A stretch of DNA of 64,000 nucleotides, taken from the NCBI GenBank assembly GCA_030141605.1, contig JAQGDQ010000473.1, positions 25,053 to 89,052 on the forward strand, given 5' to 3'. Below are positions 53,518 through 64,000 of this stretch, one piece after another. Position 1 is the first letter of the stretch. Each line of letters opens with the position of its first letter. A program made the translations under genes and the position numbers. Origin of the DNA: Tubiluchus corallicola. Taxonomy: Eukaryota > Animalia > Priapulida. Below the pieces are notes generated by a model that made no database searches, was not told where the DNA came from, and saw nothing but the letters and a program-made list of their open reading frames with translations.

Positions 53518-53921
53518 CAGGGGCGTATCAAGACTCTGTGATGCCCTAGTCTGATAATTCTGTTCCGCCCATTTTAATAATGAATTTACGGTTATATATG
53601 AAATGTGCAGATTAAATAATTACTTGTGGTGTATTAGAAACACCATTGACCTAGTTTCTACGTTGTCATCATTAATCATATGCATATTCACAGCTCTTAT
53701 ATTCAAACAGGGTGTGTAACACGTAACAACTTGACATGTTCGTTATGTGGCACTTATAAAAGCTGTTCTCATTAAAGTGCCTGTGGTGTGTTATACAATG
53801 CACCTTTTCAGAGTATACACATTTTCTGAGGAGAATAAGATTTTTTCTACAATGTGACACCCCTCAAACTTTTGGTGCCCTAGACTATAGCCTAGTTAGC
53901 CTATTGGTTAATATGCCCCTG
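53518..53921. mobile_element. hAT-like MITE
   Basis: TIR caggggcgtat / atatgcccctg, flanked by ctcattag / cttattag. Confidence 0.7.
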
Positions 53922-54559
53922 CTTATTAGAATGGTTTATTAATGCTTTTGAGAAAGTGCAACTTGACAGCGACCAAACTAAGACCTATGCGCAACACGGC
54001 CAGTGATGGCACCAGAGAAAATGAAGACACAATTATAAAGTTCACTAACGACAACTGAAAAGCATCATAAAGGGAATCACTCTGGTATCTGGTCATAAGT
54101 AGTTTAAAAACCAGTTACTCAGCTAAAAAGGTACAAAGTGATCCTGGATCGAAGAAGAAACTCTGCAGAATGAATTTCATTTACAAACCACAAAATGGCC
54201 ACTTCGTTGTATCATACTTTAAACATATCAATGAACAACAACATTCCCAGACTCATTTGACTAAACTGAGAAGGCCTCATTACAAAAACTAGTAGTTCCT
54301 GATGAATGTGACTCACAGGTGCTTATACAATTTCCTATTTGATTTTTATTTGCACAGTTTAGTGTGTGTTATGTGCTTCAGTGTAGTACCATACATTTTC
54401 ATTGTAGATATTTTTAGGTTGATGTATTACAGATGATTATAATTTATTAACATCATAATCTGTGTATCATTAATGTATCGCTTATTAACTTAACTAAGCA
54501 AATTTTAATCTTCTACTGGGTTTTGTATTTAATCATCTTCATTTTAAACTTGTTTCCAG

Positions 54560-54700
54560 ATGGGTGGCTACAGTGAGCCTGTCGATAAGCAGATTAAGGA
54601 AAAGGTGCTAGAACTGCTAGCTAGTGGTGTAACAAACAGAAGGAAACCAGAGTCGTGTCTTAAAGAATATGTGGTTAACACTTTATTCTATGGGCTCTGA
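54560..54700 (+). pseudogene. Possible CARF-like/MULE-associated transposase exon remnant
   Basis: After ttccag it reads MGGYSEPVDKQIKEKVLELLASGVTNRRKPESCLKEYVVNTLF, resembling (from memory) the CARF-like segment of invertebrate MULE-type proteins. Stops soon after. Confidence 0.4.
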
Positions 54701-55099
54701 TGCAAAGCTGCAAGGTTCCCTGACAGCTCTCTAATCCTGCAAGATATGCCAAGAGAGCTCCAAACTTCAACACTGGTTTGGTAAAATCTGGCTGTCAGAA
54801 ATCAGGGTAAGTATTACTGAAAATTACGTGAGTATTATTAACCTATTAAATATTTTTAAATCAGCTAAATTGATAAATTAGTTTTACACGTTTTATTAAT
54901 TTTTTAATGACATGTTTAATGTGCAAACTCTAAAACTCGACATTGTGTACTATTGTGGCTTTTTGCGAAAATATTTACTTTAATAAAGATACAGAAAGTA
55001 GAAAAATTGAAATTTTTATCGTTAGAGATATCACAGTACATACCAGGTCGAACAGCAGCCGCATGACGTCATCATTTACTAGATTCTTGCTGTAGTCCA

Positions 55100-55790
55100 G
55101 AAGAATTTTCCCCGGTTTACTCGGCAGTTGTATGCTACAAAATAACAGGAAAGAATTTTTCCCGGTTTACTCGGCAGTTGTATGCTACAAAATAACAGGA
55201 AAGAAGAATTTTTCCCGGTTTACTCGGCAGTTGTATGCTACAAAATAACAGGAAAGAAGAATTTTTCCCGGTTTACTCGGCAGTTGTATGCTACAAAATA
55301 ACAGGAAAGAAGAATTTTTCCCGGTTTACTCGGCAGTTGTATGCTACAAAACAACAGGAAAGAAGAATTTTTCCCGGTTGACTCGGCAGTTGTATGCTAC
55401 AAAATAACGGGAAAGAAGAATTTTTCCAGGTTTACTCGGCAGTTGTATGCTACAAAATAACGGGAAAGAAGAATTTTTCCCGGTTTACTCGGCAGTTGTA
55501 TGCTACAAAATAACAGGAAAGAAGAATTTTTCCCGGTTTACTCGGCAGTTGTATGCTACAAAATAACAGGAAAGAAGAATTTTTCCCGGTTTACTCGGCA
55601 GTTGTATGCTACAAAATAACAGGAAAGAAGAATTTTTCCCGGTTTACTCGGCAGTTGTATGCTACAAAATAACAGGAAAGAAGAATTTTTCCTGGTTTAC
55701 TCGGCAATTGTATGCTACAAAATAACAGGAAAGAAGAATTTTTCCCGGTTTACTCGGCAGTTGTATGCTACAAAATAACAGAATAACAAA
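55100..55790. repeat. Minisatellite, 53-bp unit x ~13
   Basis: Unit aagaatttttcccggtttactcggcagttgtatgctacaaaataacaggaaag. Confidence 0.97.
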
Positions 55791-57399
55791 ATAACTGAAT
55801 CCGCGACATTGCATTCAGTAAGCCAACAGATCGTCTTGTTCTGCACTGGCCATTAAACCTATGAGTCCAGTGTGTTGATCACGTCATGCTATTTGGAAGC
55901 AGATGTTACATGAAAACTGTTTAAAATCTTGTTACCCTCTAACAAACATTAAAAACAATAACTAAAGTTATGAATGGTTTTCTTATAATTAACAAAAAAA
56001 CACGGTGGAACACTGAAACTTAATCGTCACAAGACTGTCAGAGAGTTCAACTCTGCCGCTAAGCATTTTGTTTAGTATTGCTATCTGTTTTATACTGGCT
56101 CCTACAACCTGCGCCAACCTACCTAGAGGTGCCCAGGTTGTAATTTTACACACGGTTAACCTGAAATCATTTATATCTGCTAACACGGGCTTCAATCTGA
56201 AGTCCTAAGCTTCATTGTCACCTCTGTACAGGTGACCATATGGCATGACGCTCGCGATCCTATAAGCAACATCATATGATCCGCCTAACCTCGTTATGTT
56301 TTTTCCTTTTTTTAATATTCATGTGCTTATTTGGGTGCGTTATATACGTGATAACTTAATACTCACAGCGTCCATGAAAAATTAGTGAATTGTGCTTTAT
56401 TTGATAGTTATGTGATAATCGGTGATAGTCAATTATGCATTTGATTGTCCATCTGTGCTTTGCCTATTGTGATAAGTCTAATTTAAGATATGCTCTGGTA
56501 GTTATCGAGTAAGAATGTACATGCGGCCAAAGACAGTAAGCATATTTTTGTGTGGCCATTTTTTAATTAAATAGTTGTGCATTTTTCAAACTCGCAAAGT
56601 CGTAAACTAAAATAGTATTTTATTATCAGCAAAACGTTTTAATCAACAAATCCATAAACATAAGCGGTATGCATTTCTTTCGACAAAAAACAAATTAGAC
56701 TACGTTTCCACAAATGAATTATGAATTTTTCCACAGCAACTCAAACATACATATAAATTGATATAACATTGAAAAGAAACTATGCGAGTTACTGTGAGGA
56801 GAAGGAAGGAGCATTGAGCTTTCGAGTCCTCCTCCAGATAAGTGAAACAATTGACAATTAACATTACATTTTCATCAGTTATAGCACACATTAGAACAAA
56901 ATAAGTTTTGTTAGTAACTTAAGATCAGGATGAGTAAAATTGTGAGTTAATTATACCGTTGTGGTAGGTAATTCTTTGATGCTTTTTTAAATTGATAGAG
57001 ATTAAGAGTTTTCATTTCACGCAGAATGAAATAATAATTCATAATTTTATCAATAATTAATCCAGAATGAGCATCTTTCAAGAGACGTAACTGCCAAACT
57101 TCAGATTTTATAAGAAGCAACAAACAAGAGGTAATTTGTTGAAAGATGTGCAAGCTTGTTGTTCTGGATACCTGTTACGTTGAAACATTGGTACTTTAAC
57201 AGCACAAATTACCATATTGCCTTTCGAACAAGGGGCAAAATTAATTAACTAGATTAATGAATTACGTGGCAAATTCAACTGAGAATTACTGTACTTATTT
57301 ACGTATGAAAAGTCAAGTAACAACAACAGCTTAATTCTGTTTCATTACAAGACGTCCATGTAATCATAGCTGCTGTATTAGTTTATGCTTTGGCTAAGC

Positions 57400-57890
57400 A
57401 CTCAAATTTTCTTAAGTAAATAAAACCTTCTGTTGATTACAAATGTATAATCTAGAGTGAATCTCTCGAACTATTACCGAGATTAACTACATACAAGCGT
57501 ACAGTATTTTGCAACAACTTTTATTCCTTTTGCCCACTATTCCTATTATTTACATGATAATTTATTTTTGACTGTCTAAGAATTATGATAGTGTTATAAA
57601 GTATATTTCAGTTGTCATTGTTCTTATATTTCAGTTCTTGTTTAGTTTTTTTTATTATGCACTTATTATTACTGTGTATGAATTGTACTAACACGTTATA
57701 AGCAGTACTGACACTAATACACTGTAGCATAGCGCTTATAAAAATGTTCATCACTAACCAAAGGGCAGCTGACTAGATGACCAATTGGTCGTTCGCTGCC
57801 CTTTCTTCACATTTTTGTTTCCAAATTAATTGTATTATAACTGTGCGTGTGTTAAAAGATAAATAAAAAGATTATTATTATTATTATAAA
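57400..57890 (+). mobile_element. CR1/L2-group LINE 3' UTR remnant
   Basis: T-rich UTR, stem-loop aaagggcagc...gctgcccttt, then aataaa and (ATT)n; same architecture as the LINE tail at 4720-4840. Confidence 0.6.
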
Positions 57891-60249
57891 AAAAACTCAA
57901 AGATGTCTCTAGAATTATGTTCAGCAAATTACAGACATTGTGGAATAAGCACAGCATACGTAACTTATAGTTTCAACAATAACAACAACAACATTTTGCA
58001 GACAGGCAGGCGGCCATGAAAACCTTCAGCTACTGCATTTGAAGTCTGGAAGAGAGCTACATGTCAATTTGCTTGTGTAAACGAAAAAAAAACTGCTGAT
58101 TCATTGTCGACACTTCTTATGAACGAGGGAGGTTGCCTGGCCACGCGAATTTATTTATGGCCATGAAAATCATTTTGATCACGAAAGAGACCAGATTTTG
58201 GGCCAAAAGACATGAAATTTTCTCGGTTTTTACTGTTTAAAAATTCGAATAATTTTGTTAAGATTAATCCTTCTAGATAGGAAACAATGTAGCAAAACTC
58301 AATGTTATTAAAACCCAGGTGTTTAGGTTAGGAATATTTTAACTTAACAGTAGTTTTACATGTATATTATCGCTTTGAAGTAACTTCAATGTACGAAGAA
58401 GTACAGGCGATAAACCTTTCAAACATATAGCACAATATGCTCTTCATTGTTTCACGCTCCCAAGGAGAAATGCAATTTGGGAAGGAATTTATTTTTTTGC
58501 ATCTGTATTTTGCAATAATTTATTTTTTATCTAATGAATTTTAAATTTTGATGAGCTTATTAAACTTAATGTGTAAAAATTACCAAAATTTAATTTATTT
58601 CAATAATGGTATTTCATTTGAGGGGGACACTGTTCCATGGTATGCAAATTTTTAACAGTCCTGCTTTATTCAACCTTAAATAGATAATTTGTTTAATTCA
58701 GTTTTAATATTAGGATGGCTGCAGCACGAAGCACTTCAAAGAAGTTAGCCTGTTCACACTGAATTAGTTTACTGAAACACCAGTTGGCACATGGCTGTAC
58801 TTGGGTGACCAACTCAACATTTTCTCATTGAATATAAACATCAATGGAAAATACCTTGTTGGGAATGAATCTGGTAATATGTGAAGTGAAATGAAAATAA
58901 GAAAATTCACCTCCCTTTAACAATAACATCGATTTCGCAGTACTTGTTGTTATCCATCCTCAGCGGTATAAAAGTTGCTTTACGTTTGATTATACTATCT
59001 TGACATTGTATAGAAAACAAGTAAAAAAACCAAACGTTTCTAATTCTGAGAACACTGATTAGCTAACGACTCCACCCTTTCTTGTTAAAATAGACCCTTG
59101 TAATACATCAAACGACGTCTATTTGTACATAAAAATCTGTTCAATTAAGTTTCCGACACTAAATTATAGTGTTTCAATAGGAACAATGACTGTGTGGTAT
59201 GATTTCGACTACTAATGGATTCTGTATGTGGCTGAAAAAGACAAATGGAAAGAGGACTAAAGAGAGAAGCAGATGGAAAGAGGACAGAGCATCCATGTGG
59301 GATGAGTAATGTATGGCAGGCAAGCTGGCATGTGTGTAGGCATGCATACATGCTGCCAGGCACTAATCAATACTTCGCATTCTGAACTAGTTTATAATTA
59401 AGTGAACTAATTACAGCTGTTGTGTATCACGTTTAGCCATTTAGTGTGCTTTTTATTTATTTTTCTAGAGTTCTGTGCAGATTTTTTTCTAAAAAAAGGC
59501 TGCAGAAAAGGGACCTCTTGTGCCTTTTTGCACGTGTAGCCACAGGTGTGTTTGTACATTGTTTAAGTATTCAGGTGAGTCATCTGCATGGCATCATGAC
59601 TCATATGAGAGACTGCATCAAGGATGAATTTTTTGGTGCAAGAGCATCAAGAAGCATGAGGTATTTATCTGATTCTAAAAAAGAAAAAATGCTGTCATTG
59701 TTAATGCTGTCATTGTATTCCTGGTTCATTGCGTATTTGGAAAAAGGGTACGATTAAGAAAATGCGCCACTCAAAAACTTATTTAACTTAACAACGTGAG
59801 TGATGTAAAGTGTCAACACTTGTTGAATGCTGCACATTTTCTTGAAGATGAAATGTATGACAAAGTAGCGAACCTTGGAAAGTCCTCACCAGCGATTTGA
59901 TCACTGACAAACCATTAGATGAGAAATGGACAATGTTTTTTTCTGGGTGTAAAGCACCAAATTTCTTCTGCATAGTTGCAAGGATACTAGCCATTGCCGT
60001 GAGCAGTGCATTTGTAGATAGAACAATCTCACTAATTAATAACCAATCAGCATAAAATAACCAAGAGGTCACAACTGCAAGCAATTATTGAAAGAGTTAA
60101 AATTGCAAGCTTGTGTGTAAAAAATGAACTTCTTAGAGCAATAGAATCCTTGCATGGAAAAATATGTTTGGGAGAATCCTTGACTTGTGTGGTCCTGCAG
60201 CAACTTGAGTTAAGTGTTGTTATAAAAGGCACAGGAAGATGTGATGATG

Positions 60250-60915
60250 CACAGACAATGGTAGTTGCACTGACATTATATTTAAATAGTCGATGTGCAT
60301 ATTCAGAACTTCATAAATATTTAGCTCTGCCTCACCCAAAAATCTTAACCAACAATACTACTAGACTCTCAGATGTTGGGTCAAAGGTAGAAGTGGAGAG
60401 AGTTCTCCTCTATTTTTTGGGACATCAGGTAAAAACTCAAAAAAACTTAACTTTTTGCTTGAAAGATATTTCAGTAAATGTATTTTTTTGGCCCACACAG
60501 TATCTAATATTAGAAACCACTGACCAAGATAAAATTGATACATTTATATGTTCATCCTAATACTGTACGTGGAACTATTTTTTTTACAACTGTAAAACAC
60601 ATATTAAAGATTCCATAAAGTCAATAACTTTATTTTAGTGCTGCGATTTTCATTTTTCATTCAAAATGCTGTTTGCTGTTTGATGAAGTCTATTTGAAGA
60701 CTAACCTTCGTTTCCGCGGAAGTCACGTTGTTGGACATGCAGCTGATAATACAGAGGAATTAGCAAAAACCGTTGATGGCTAGAAAGTCGAATGCTCTGC
60801 GCTTTGTTTCACTATTCAAAGTAAATGCACTTGAATTGTATACAAATTTACTTCAAGTTTTGAAAATAATTAAAAGTGTGGGAGGACATTGTGTAGCTAT
60901 AATGTCTGATAAATC
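60250..60915 (+). pseudogene. Decayed P-element/THAP9-family transposase fragments
   Basis: VALTLYLNSRCAYSELHKYLALPHP (60260-60340), CCLLFDEVYLK...VVGHAADNTEELAKTV (60667-60775) and VLKIIKSVGGHCVAIMSD, in canonical P-transposase order but interrupted. Confidence 0.8.
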
Positions 60916-62959
60916 AGTCTTGTGGTGGTCTGGCTTTCCCATAGCCATCCCTGTAGTGTCATTTTTTGTAAGTTTTACCCTATTTAAGTTTGGAACTGCC
61001 ACACGCCACACAACACATCAATAAGTGAAACGGAACAATTAATGATATTAGTTTTAATTATGTATGTAAATAATTTTGAGTGCAGATGACCATAATCTGC
61101 ATCGTGTTCAAGCCCAACCGGTTAGCAGAAAAAGTTGTTTTTGTGCTAAGAGATATCTCAACCCAAATGGATTTTGGAATTGCAACAGTTTTGTTTAGCC
61201 AGTCACGTATCTTTTTTCAGGATCTGAATTCTGATTGAAGACTACGAGTGGCTTCCTTTCAAATCAGAAATACTGTCAAAATACCTGTGCTGAATGACCT
61301 GTGATATGACTTTATTCGTCATTCTAACGTCTTGACCTTGTTCTGCACAGACGTGCATATTTGTCGTGGGGTGCTGGCCTGGCAGACATCTTGAAATTGA
61401 TGAGAAGTAATATTTTTGCAGAAGTTTCGTACAGACGAACCAAAGTAGTTTTACCATAAACTCATCACCATAAACATATACACTGTGTTTGGGACAAGTT
61501 GGAGTCCACTAAATTCAAATTGCGGATGGTTACTGAAAGGCTCCTACTTACGAGCATCGAGTTGTCCTGTAATCAGCTCGTCAACGTACGTGAATAGGTT
61601 TTATGGTTGAGAATGGCAGAACAAATCATTCTACATCAAAGGTTAAATGGTCCCAGGATTTGGGAGGTCAAAGTCTAGCCATAGTGCAGACCGGAGTTAG
61701 CTAGAGTGGAGAAATTCTACCCACAGCAGAGACAGTGGTTAATCAAGTGGAGCCAAAATAGAAATCTGATTTTGAAAATATTCTATTTTATTTTATGATG
61801 AAATGACTTTGGAAAATTGGCTGTTATTTAAGCACGACCCCTTATACTGATTTGCTCTACATATATTATCAAGAAAAGGTTTGTTTTTTCTAATATGACG
61901 TTGATATCTGCTTATCCTGGGTTAGCTGCGGCATGTGGTTGATAGAACATGTACATAATCATGCAAACCAAAATTATGATCAAAATAAACACAGGACCAA
62001 AACAAAATTGTCAATGCCATGCTTTTATTAGTGTCACCTAGATAACAATGGGAAGAGTTATCCCAGCACTGAAATCTTATCAAGGAATTCCGGTGTAAAG
62101 GAAGAGGTCGACATTCAAAATCCAAAGGAGCAAGAAAGAGAGGTCACCAAGAACAGGAGACAAAGAAAAGCACAATCCCTCAACAAGCCCAATCAACAAT
62201 GAAAGAAGCCCAACTAGTGAATCTCTTGGAGGAGAGGAGCTTGAGAAGATATGCATAAGTCTGCCATGTGTCAATTAGAAGTTCATCTAACTCTACAAGA
62301 GAAAATGAGAAATCCAAAAAGTCCCACGATCCTGTAAAATGAGTGAGCGATTGAATGTTCCCATTATTCCTTAATAAATCCAATACTCTTTTCCAGTAAT
62401 CATCCACTACTCCAATTTTTGCAATAGGCAAACACTTCCGTGGAACAATTGCTGGTATTTTTCAACAGTTGTGTAATCCAATTTAATAGTAAACATAAAC
62501 TTACAATGTAAAATTTGCAATGAAATTGTGAATTATATGAGAGTGCAGAATAGTAGAAACTATCAGCAAGCTTAGAAAAGTTTGTAGAAAAAGCATCTTT
62601 TGTAAAGTAAGTTTGTGCTGCCAGGTTAGAGAAGCATAAGTCAGATGGCCTAACTGCAAACTGACTAAATAAAAGTGTCAGAGTGCAGATAGCCTAGACT
62701 CATGGACATTCTGACAAAGGTTACCAAAAGATGTAATTCATTATTGAAGTTGTACATCGTAGTACTACATAAGTACTAGTATTTTGTTTAGTTTCTCTAC
62801 ATGCTGAGCTGCAAACAAATGTGGAAATGACAGAAAAATGGAGGTGGCTACATATCCAAATGTAAGCAAATTTTGCACGAATAGCAATGCGAAACTCAGC
62901 ACTTTGGAAAGAAGAACTTCTCATACTAACTTTGCTTACGTTGATTCTAAAGAAGAACT

Positions 62960-63200
62960 TTTTGAAGAATGGCAAGAACGACTGAATCTAGGAAAGGTAA
63001 TACAGAGGTTTACAGTGGTTACTTATGCTTTTATGTAAAAGTGCCCCCAGCTGCAACAATACATTTATTAGCTCCTACTGGTGTGACTGAGTTTAACATT
63101 GGTGGAGATACGATATATTCTAGTTTGCAGATTTCTAAAGGAAATATAAATGCACTTAGTCCTGATGCATTAAATACGTTACTTGCTCAAAATGGCTGCC
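62960..63200 (+). pseudogene. PIF1/Helitron-type helicase fragment
   Basis: LLAPTGVTEFNIGGDTIYSSLQI resembles the PIF1-family APTGxAAxNIxGxTIHS motif; no intact Walker A. Confidence 0.7.
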
Positions 63201-63282
63201 ATTATTGGTTGGAAATAATATTCACAAAAACGTGTTAGCTTTCTACGTATAAACAGAGGTAGATATGTGTAGAAAACTAATC

Positions 63283-63336
63283 ACACAAAGACGCTCATTA
63301 ACATTTTGAAACAAAGGAATAGGATATTGATAAGTC
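63283..63336 (+). other. Phenuivirus segment terminus ACACAAAGAC plus 54-nt viral 5' UTR
   Basis: acacaaagac at 63283-63292, 54 nt upstream of the N ATG. ACACAAAG is the conserved Phenuiviridae terminal sequence. Confidence 0.8.
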
Positions 63337-64000
63337 ATGTCCCAGCAGCAGAAGAAAACAGCCAGCGAGCAAGACGTTCAGAGATTCATCCTGGCATCCT
63401 TAGAAGACGTTAATATAGAAGATCTGAAGAAGGATGCCAAAGACATGATGGAGTTAGTAAAATTCCAGGGCTTTGATCCTGTGGAGACTGCACGTCAAGT
63501 CTTGGAATATAGTGACTGGGGTACTGGTGATGCCCCAATGTCAGATGCCTTGAAGGATGTATCCAAGATGATAGCCCTATTCCAAGCGAGAGGATCTAAA
63601 ATTGTCAATAAGTCTGGACAAAACTTTAGAATGAGTGCAGATGGGGTTAGTAGAGTTACTAACCTTATATCAAAATATCACATCGTGGCATCAGGAGGAG
63701 GACAACATGCAAAAGTCCTAACCCTACCAAGGATAGCTTTAGCTTTCTCTTACATCACATGTCAAAACTCTTACACTCTTCTTCCCGAGTCTGATACTCT
63801 CAGGCAACTCACTTGCACCGCACCAGTCAAACAGACAGCCTTTGCCAGTTTGATACCCAATGATATTGAGAATGAAGCAGATTCCACTAGGAGCATGGTG
63901 ACCACATTAATGTATGCCCATGCATATTGCATGTATGAATTAGGGAAGATCATTGGGGGAAATAAGAAACTCAGCCAAAGGCAAAGAGTGGATGAGGTGA
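63337..64000 (+). CDS. Endogenous viral element: Phenuiviridae-like nucleocapsid (N) protein, 3'-partial
   Basis: Hand-translated 221 stop-free codons: MSQQQKKTASEQDVQRFILASLEDVNIEDLKKDAKDMMELVKFQGFDPVETARQVLEY...KDVSKMIALFQARGSK...MSADGVSRVTNLISKYHI...LTLPRIALAFSYITCQ...AFASLIP...LMYAHAYCMYELGKII. Motifs are collinear with phlebovirus N (YQGFD, KDAKKMI..RGNK, MSKEG..LINKY, LTLSRV..TCQ, FAGM, DAH). Confidence 0.9.
   Translation, partial: MSQQQKKTASEQDVQRFILASLEDVNIEDLKKDAKDMMELVKFQGFDPVETARQVLEYSDWGTGDAPMSDALKDVSKMIALFQARGSKIVNKSGQNFRMSADGVSRVTNLISKYHIVASGGGQHAKVLTLPRIALAFSYITCQNSYTLLPESDTLRQLTCTAPVKQTAFASLIPNDIENEADSTRSMVTTLMYAHAYCMYELGKIIGGNKKLSQRQRVDEV

Noticed and set aside
58905-58960. 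Possible first exon ATG GAT AAC...GGG AG|gtgaat on the minus strand
   Set aside because: Peptide MDNNKYCEIDVIVKG has no similarity to the GPI N-terminus and no supporting downstream exon.
59446-60084. Additional transposase-like ORF pieces (e.g. IVHFSSNG on the minus strand)
   Set aside because: Weak motif resemblance only; no family can be assigned without a search.

Overview
AT-rich, intron-rich animal (probably invertebrate) genomic DNA; the species cannot be determined from sequence alone. Hand-assembled spliced genes: EXOSC2/RRP4 (+, 7 exons, complete), ATP synthase beta ATP5F1B (+, 11 exons, complete) and glucose-6-phosphate isomerase GPI (-, last 10 exons; the N-terminal ~70 codons were not found in the window). 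An intronless TXNDC16-like ER protein gene (-) lies head-to-head with ATP5F1B. The window opens with an apparently full-length CR1/L2-group LINE with two intact ORFs. Introns carry MITEs, RTE fragments, a 5S-rRNA-headed SINE, a non-autonomous Helitron and many private minisatellites; one of these is an amplified GPI splice acceptor. The most notable feature is absent from the ORF track because it runs off the right edge: an uninterrupted ORF (63337 to >64000) encoding a Phenuiviridae-type (phlebo/tenuivirus) nucleocapsid protein. It is preceded by the viral terminal motif ACACAAAGAC and sits at the end of a patchwork of decayed transposon fragments upstream of the last visible GPI exon. Family assignments rest on recalled motifs, not database searches.
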